DNA of 29,863 bases, from positions 1 to 29,863 of the IMG/VR virus record IMGVR_UViG_3300017747_000149, one strand, 5' to 3'. Every line of letters starts with the position of its first letter. Positions within the stretch are counted from its first letter, which is position 1. The notes under the pieces were generated by a model. The model made no database searches and was not told the DNA's origin. It saw only the letters and a program-made list of their open reading frames with translations. Shown one piece after another: positions 26,393 through 29,863 of the stretch. A program made the translations under genes and the position numbers. This DNA comes from a virus (Duplodnaviria > Caudoviricetes).

Positions 26393-26652
26393 AATCGTTC
26401 CAGTCTTTCTTCTACCAACCTAGCATAGCCAATGATGTCATGCCATGAGTCATGATACCAAGGATCACCATTCACAATGCGAGAGATTTTGTTACAGATG
26501 AGATCAAGGCTTTCCTTCATATCATCATCCATCTCTTTCCACTCAGCACCAGACCTAACAGTTTCTTTTAAGGCTTGTGAAACCCTAGAGACATCTTCTT
26601 TGTAGTTGCCATACCTAACACCACGTTGTATCAATGTGTCATCTACATTCAT
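26389..26652 (-). CDS. DUF6378-like protein
   Basis: TL..RG.RYG....SQ.LK....ESLD.I..KISRI.NGDP.Y.DSW.DI.GYA.L pattern. Confidence 0.8.
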   Translation of the reverse strand: MNVDDTLIQRGVRYGNYKEDVSRVSQALKETVRSGAEWKEMDDDMKESLDLICNKISRIVNGDPWYHDSWHDIIGYARLVEERLERL

Positions 26653-26987
26653 TGGATGCCTCCAACTGTCTTGGTGTCAATGGTGAAGTTGCCATCACCA
26701 AAGCTATCATGATCTGCGTTGTAAAAGAAATCACCAACATCACCAAACATCTTACCGCAGTACTCAACAAGCTTGTTAGCAAGTTGTTCATCTTCTTCCA
26801 TATACTGTACAGTTGCTGCCAATATAGTAGCCATACCAATTAAATTATTTACATCATCTTCACTGATAGTGAGTGGTCCAAAGCCACTGACTAACACCTG
26901 AAAGTTGTTTTGATATACACCATCTACGATAGTAGGACGCAGGATTAGTGCAATGTCGTTTGGTCTTAAGCTTGTGGAGGAGTCCAT
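26649..26987 (-). CDS. Hypothetical protein (112 aa)
   Basis: GAAGGA RBS; fills the operon between the exonuclease and DUF6378. Confidence 0.7.
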   Translation of the reverse strand: MDSSTSLRPNDIALILRPTIVDGVYQNNFQVLVSGFGPLTISEDDVNNLIGMATILAATVQYMEEDEQLANKLVEYCGKMFGDVGDFFYNADHDSFGDGNFTIDTKTVGGIQ

Positions 26988-27667
26988 ATCTGTCCTTCGT
27001 ATCTGCGTAAAAAAAGAAGCTGAGCATTCTCTAACACACGCTCAGCATCACCCTCGTAAGCTTCCAACACTTTGTTGTACAGCTCAAGTTCATCTGTTGT
27101 GTCCCCAATTATCTTGGCTGCTTTCACTGGACCAACACGGAACAATCCTTTGATGTTATCAGCAGCATCACCTGTCAGCATCTGCGTATACAACTTAACC
27201 AGAGCTTCCTCCGGTTTGATGTAGTAGCCTAGATGTTTTACAAAGTTGTAATGCCATCCAACAATCTGATCTAAGTCTTTGTCTAAAGAAACAATGACAC
27301 AATTGTCACCAAGCTTTGTAGCTTCAATGGCAATGGTGTCATCGGCTTCTTCACCTTCAGATATAGAAGCATTCCATTCTTTTACTAGATAGTCTCTAAG
27401 AAAAGCTAGATGCTTTGGCTTAGGCTTGTCAACTCTGTTGCCCTTGTAAGGCACAGTGGTGGCTATCTTGTATCGGAAGTTGTTCTTACCTGTTAGGTGC
27501 ATACTCCAACTATCCACGAAGCAATCAGGATAGATGTTATCAACACCGCACATGAGAACATCAACGATTAAACGATCCAGTGTACGCTGTGCCGTTGCTT
27601 CGTCTTCGTCCTCACATGCAGATGCTGCCCGATAAGCGAAGATGTCGCTATCGAACAGAGCTTTCAT
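26966..27667 (-). CDS. 5'-3' exonuclease / RNase H (T7 gp6-like, FEN family)
   Basis: ALFDSDIFAY, NFR....YKGNR..KP, EADD, DKDLDQ and the GDAADNIKG...VGP helix-3-turn-helix. Confidence 0.92.
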   Translation of the reverse strand: MKALFDSDIFAYRAASACEDEDEATAQRTLDRLIVDVLMCGVDNIYPDCFVDSWSMHLTGKNNFRYKIATTVPYKGNRVDKPKPKHLAFLRDYLVKEWNASISEGEEADDTIAIEATKLGDNCVIVSLDKDLDQIVGWHYNFVKHLGYYIKPEEALVKLYTQMLTGDAADNIKGLFRVGPVKAAKIIGDTTDELELYNKVLEAYEGDAERVLENAQLLFLRRYEGQIWTPPQA

Positions 27668-28087
27668 TTACAGCACATCCTCATCGTCTGCGCTGATACC
27701 TGCTGCTCCTGCATACTCTACCAAGTCAGTGACAACCAGCTTCTTCAATGAAGGGCTAACACCTTTCTTGTTCTTGTATGTCCAAGAATAATAAGACACC
27801 AAGGCTTTACCCTTGCTACCATTACCAATGGCTTCAGTGATTTCATCATTGTCTGTATCAAAGACACGAATAGGCTTCTCTGATTTACATGTAATGTAAC
27901 GACCCATGTCAGCCTTCTTATCTTCACCAGTTTGTACACTGATGCCCATCTCTTCCAATGCTTCAACAGCAGCATCAGACAGGTTGCATAAGTTCAACTG
28001 GAACTTACCAGACATGTCATTCACTTTGTTGTGCTGACACCAGAACAAATCAGCCTTCAGCTTAATCGCTTTCTTTTCTTCACTCAT
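27668..28087 (-). CDS. Single-stranded DNA-binding protein (T7 gp2.5-like)
   Basis: SGKFQLNL, IGNGSKG and L..L.VT.LVEY motifs with an acidic tail DDEDVL. GGAG RBS before MSEEKK. Confidence 0.8.
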   Translation of the reverse strand: MSEEKKAIKLKADLFWCQHNKVNDMSGKFQLNLCNLSDAAVEALEEMGISVQTGEDKKADMGRYITCKSEKPIRVFDTDNDEITEAIGNGSKGKALVSYYSWTYKNKKGVSPSLKKLVVTDLVEYAGAAGISADDEDVL

Positions 28088-28100
28088 AATATTCTCCAAT

Positions 28101-28125
28101 ATAAAAATGGGCTGAACGGCAGCCC
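28101..28125 (-). terminator. Terminator-like hairpin upstream of the SSB gene
   Basis: Minus strand GGGCTG-CCGTT-CAGCCC-A-TTTTTAT. Confidence 0.6.
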
Positions 28126-28139
28126 CACAACCGCCATAG

Positions 28140-28364
28140 TTAAACTTTGTTTTCGTCTAACCGATGATCACCACACCAGTCGGTAAAATATACCACTGGA
28201 TAACCTCCCATTGTAGGGGCATGCCTACGGCATCGTCCAATCTCACTAGCATCTCCGAGTAGTTGGTTTGTTTTAGGAACAAACCAGATACAAGTTTTGC
28301 ATCTCATACCATCTAATCTATGTTTCCAAGGATCAGGGTTGATAACACCTTTAGTCTCATACAT
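28140..28364 (-). CDS. Small Cys/His metal-binding protein (74 aa)
   Basis: AAGGAG RBS; CKTC..F....GRCRRHAP....PVV...DWCGDH. Confidence 0.75.
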   Translation of the reverse strand: MYETKGVINPDPWKHRLDGMRCKTCIWFVPKTNQLLGDASEIGRCRRHAPTMGGYPVVYFTDWCGDHRLDENKV

Positions 28365-28388
28365 ATCTATCTCCTTAATATTACTTAA

Positions 28389-28826
28389 TTATAAAGATGT
28401 TTTCTGCAAATAGCTAGAAGCCGTTTGTAAAAACTTCACACTATCTTGAAATAAACCCAAGCCACGATTACAGTTATGACAGAGCATACCCCTCACTCTA
28501 CCTGTTGCATGACAATGATCCACCACAAGTTTTATCTTATGGTGAGCTTGCATTTTAAAACCCTCACTGCCACAGATAGCACACTTCTCATCTTGATTCT
28601 TGAGCATCTCCATGTATTCAGAATAGTTTATTCTATATTCTCTTTGTAGATACTTCTCTATCAAAGCAATGTCTGCACATTCCTGACTGCAATACATATG
28701 GCTAGGAGCCATTGGTTTAAATACAGTAGAGCAAAGCCTACAAGGTTTTTCTTTAAAGAATCCCTGTGGATATTTCTTTGGCTCTGCTGTCATTTCTGCC
28801 TGTCTTTTGTTTCCTTTTAAGTACAT
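28389..28826 (-). CDS. Endonuclease VII-family HNH nuclease with N-terminal Zn ribbon (probable free-standing homing endonuclease)
   Basis: CRLC...YCSQEC, then Q..KCAIC...LVVDHCHATGRVRGMLCHNCNRGLG.F.DS. Confidence 0.88.
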   Translation of the reverse strand: MYLKGNKRQAEMTAEPKKYPQGFFKEKPCRLCSTVFKPMAPSHMYCSQECADIALIEKYLQREYRINYSEYMEMLKNQDEKCAICGSEGFKMQAHHKIKLVVDHCHATGRVRGMLCHNCNRGLGLFQDSVKFLQTASSYLQKTSL

Positions 28827-28847
28827 AGTGAAAACCCTTTCACCATA

Positions 28848-28876
28848 GGTATACCATAAAAATATGTTCAGTTCAA
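28848..28876 (-). promoter_or_regulatory. Candidate sigma70-type promoter for the endonuclease VII gene
   Basis: Minus strand TTGAAC-N17-TATACC with an extended -10 TG. Confidence 0.45.
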
Positions 28877-28879
28877 GTC

Positions 28880-29863
28880 TTAGTGAACATCTCGCCAGTT
28901 TTTACCTATGCGTCCTTCAGCACCAACAGGACAACGAAACCCTAAAGATATACCTGCATCTAGTGCTGCTTGTATTGTCAGGTCTTTAACTAGTTCTGCT
29001 TGTTCAGGGACACACTCAAGCACTACCTCATCATGAACAACAGCAAGTAAACGAACATCTAGAGAATGCTCTTTATACTTCTTGTTAGCTTCAACAAGCC
29101 ATTGCTTAGCTATGATAGCCCCTGCCGATTGCAACAAAGTATTCAATGCTGCGTGTTCTGATCTAATCCATACACGCCTACCATCAAGACCGGGCAAATG
29201 TCCTTTGCTCATGAACTTAGATATCTTTTTCTTCAGCGCAGCTAGGCCGGGAGTATTATTAATAAAGTTATCTAAAAGTTTCTTACCCTTAGAACTATTA
29301 GCACCCACAATACTACCAATCTTTACTGCTCCTGCACCATATGATGCGGCATATACCAAAGTCTTCGATAGATTTCTAGCTTTCTTATGTTCGGGATTGT
29401 TATCATCTTTGACTGTTCCTTCAGGAACTAGACCAAAACTTTGTGCATTCTTCCAGTGAACATCACCATTCAGAAGTTCATGCTGCCACCCTGCATCTTG
29501 TAGATAGTGAGACATACAGCGTAGCTCAATACCAGACAAGTCAACACCAACCATAACTTTGTCTTGAGGAACAACCCACATTTCCCTACATTCCAAACCA
29601 TAAGCCACAGATGCATTAGGAATCTGTCCAATGTTTGGATTACTGTGTGTCATCCTTCCTGTAACTGCGCCATTGGTAGTTACCCTACCATGCACTCTGC
29701 CATCATCGGCTACCAATTCAAGCCAACTACTTATCTGAGATACACGCTTTTGAATCATTAAGTATTCAGCTACAAGCTTAGCTTCTGGTAAGTCAATCTT
29801 CTCAAGCACAGCTTCATCAACAATGACATTGCCTTTGTCTGTCTTCTTTGTGAAGACAACACC
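28880..29863 (-). CDS. polA: DNA polymerase family A, C-terminal polymerase domain (5' part outside window)
   Basis: Frame open to the window edge. TGRMTHSNPN, motif A DLSGIELR, motif B RNLSKTLVYAASYGAG and motif C VHDE. Confidence 0.96.
   Translation of the reverse strand, partial: GVVFTKKTDKGNVIVDEAVLEKIDLPEAKLVAEYLMIQKRVSQISSWLELVADDGRVHGRVTTNGAVTGRMTHSNPNIGQIPNASVAYGLECREMWVVPQDKVMVGVDLSGIELRCMSHYLQDAGWQHELLNGDVHWKNAQSFGLVPEGTVKDDNNPEHKKARNLSKTLVYAASYGAGAVKIGSIVGANSSKGKKLLDNFINNTPGLAALKKKISKFMSKGHLPGLDGRRVWIRSEHAALNTLLQSAGAIIAKQWLVEANKKYKEHSLDVRLLAVVHDEVVLECVPEQAELVKDLTIQAALDAGISLGFRCPVGAEGRIGKNWRDVH

Noticed and set aside
28389-28880. Group I intron or intein carrying the endonuclease within polA
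   Set aside because: polA ends intact (motif C and G..W...H stop) before the nuclease; no downstream exon and no insertions seen in nrdA, nrdB or thyX.
22157-29761. Plus-strand and alternate-frame ORFs over nrdB, nrdA, thyX and polA
   Set aside because: They overlap well-supported conserved genes and lack protein-like features.
1-29863. Alternative genetic code or stop-codon reassignment
   Set aside because: Genes tile densely under the standard code, with TAA, TAG and TGA all used as stops; no suppressor tRNA.

Overview
A 29.9 kb segment of a tailed dsDNA phage genome with podovirus-like organisation. The spanins and lipoproteins point to a Gram-negative host. The + strand (1-21197) is the virion/lysis arm: 5'-truncated major capsid protein, a decoration-like protein, a terminator, tail tubular proteins, a mosaic tail fibre, a run of small coupled membrane/lipoprotein genes, an Rz/Rz1-type embedded spanin pair, a GH19 endolysin, an HExxH protein and five putative internal-virion (ejection) proteins. 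The - strand (21198-29863) is the replication/nucleotide arm: family A DNA polymerase (truncated by the window edge), endonuclease VII-type HNH, SSB, 5'-3' exonuclease, DUF6378, HNH, ThyX, class Ia RNR, an RMF-like protein, a nuclease-like protein and tRNA-Arg(UCU), which abuts the last + strand gene. The most interesting candidate system is the ejection-protein module. Recurrent hydrophobic-x-x-Gly-Gly motifs delimit small modules in two proteins, one protein ends in an S74 auto-cleaving chaperone, the giant protein carries an ADP-ribosyltransferase-like domain, and an HExxH peptidase-like gene heads the module. Together these suggest a processed, injected polyprotein/effector system. All family assignments are by motif recognition only; no searches were run.
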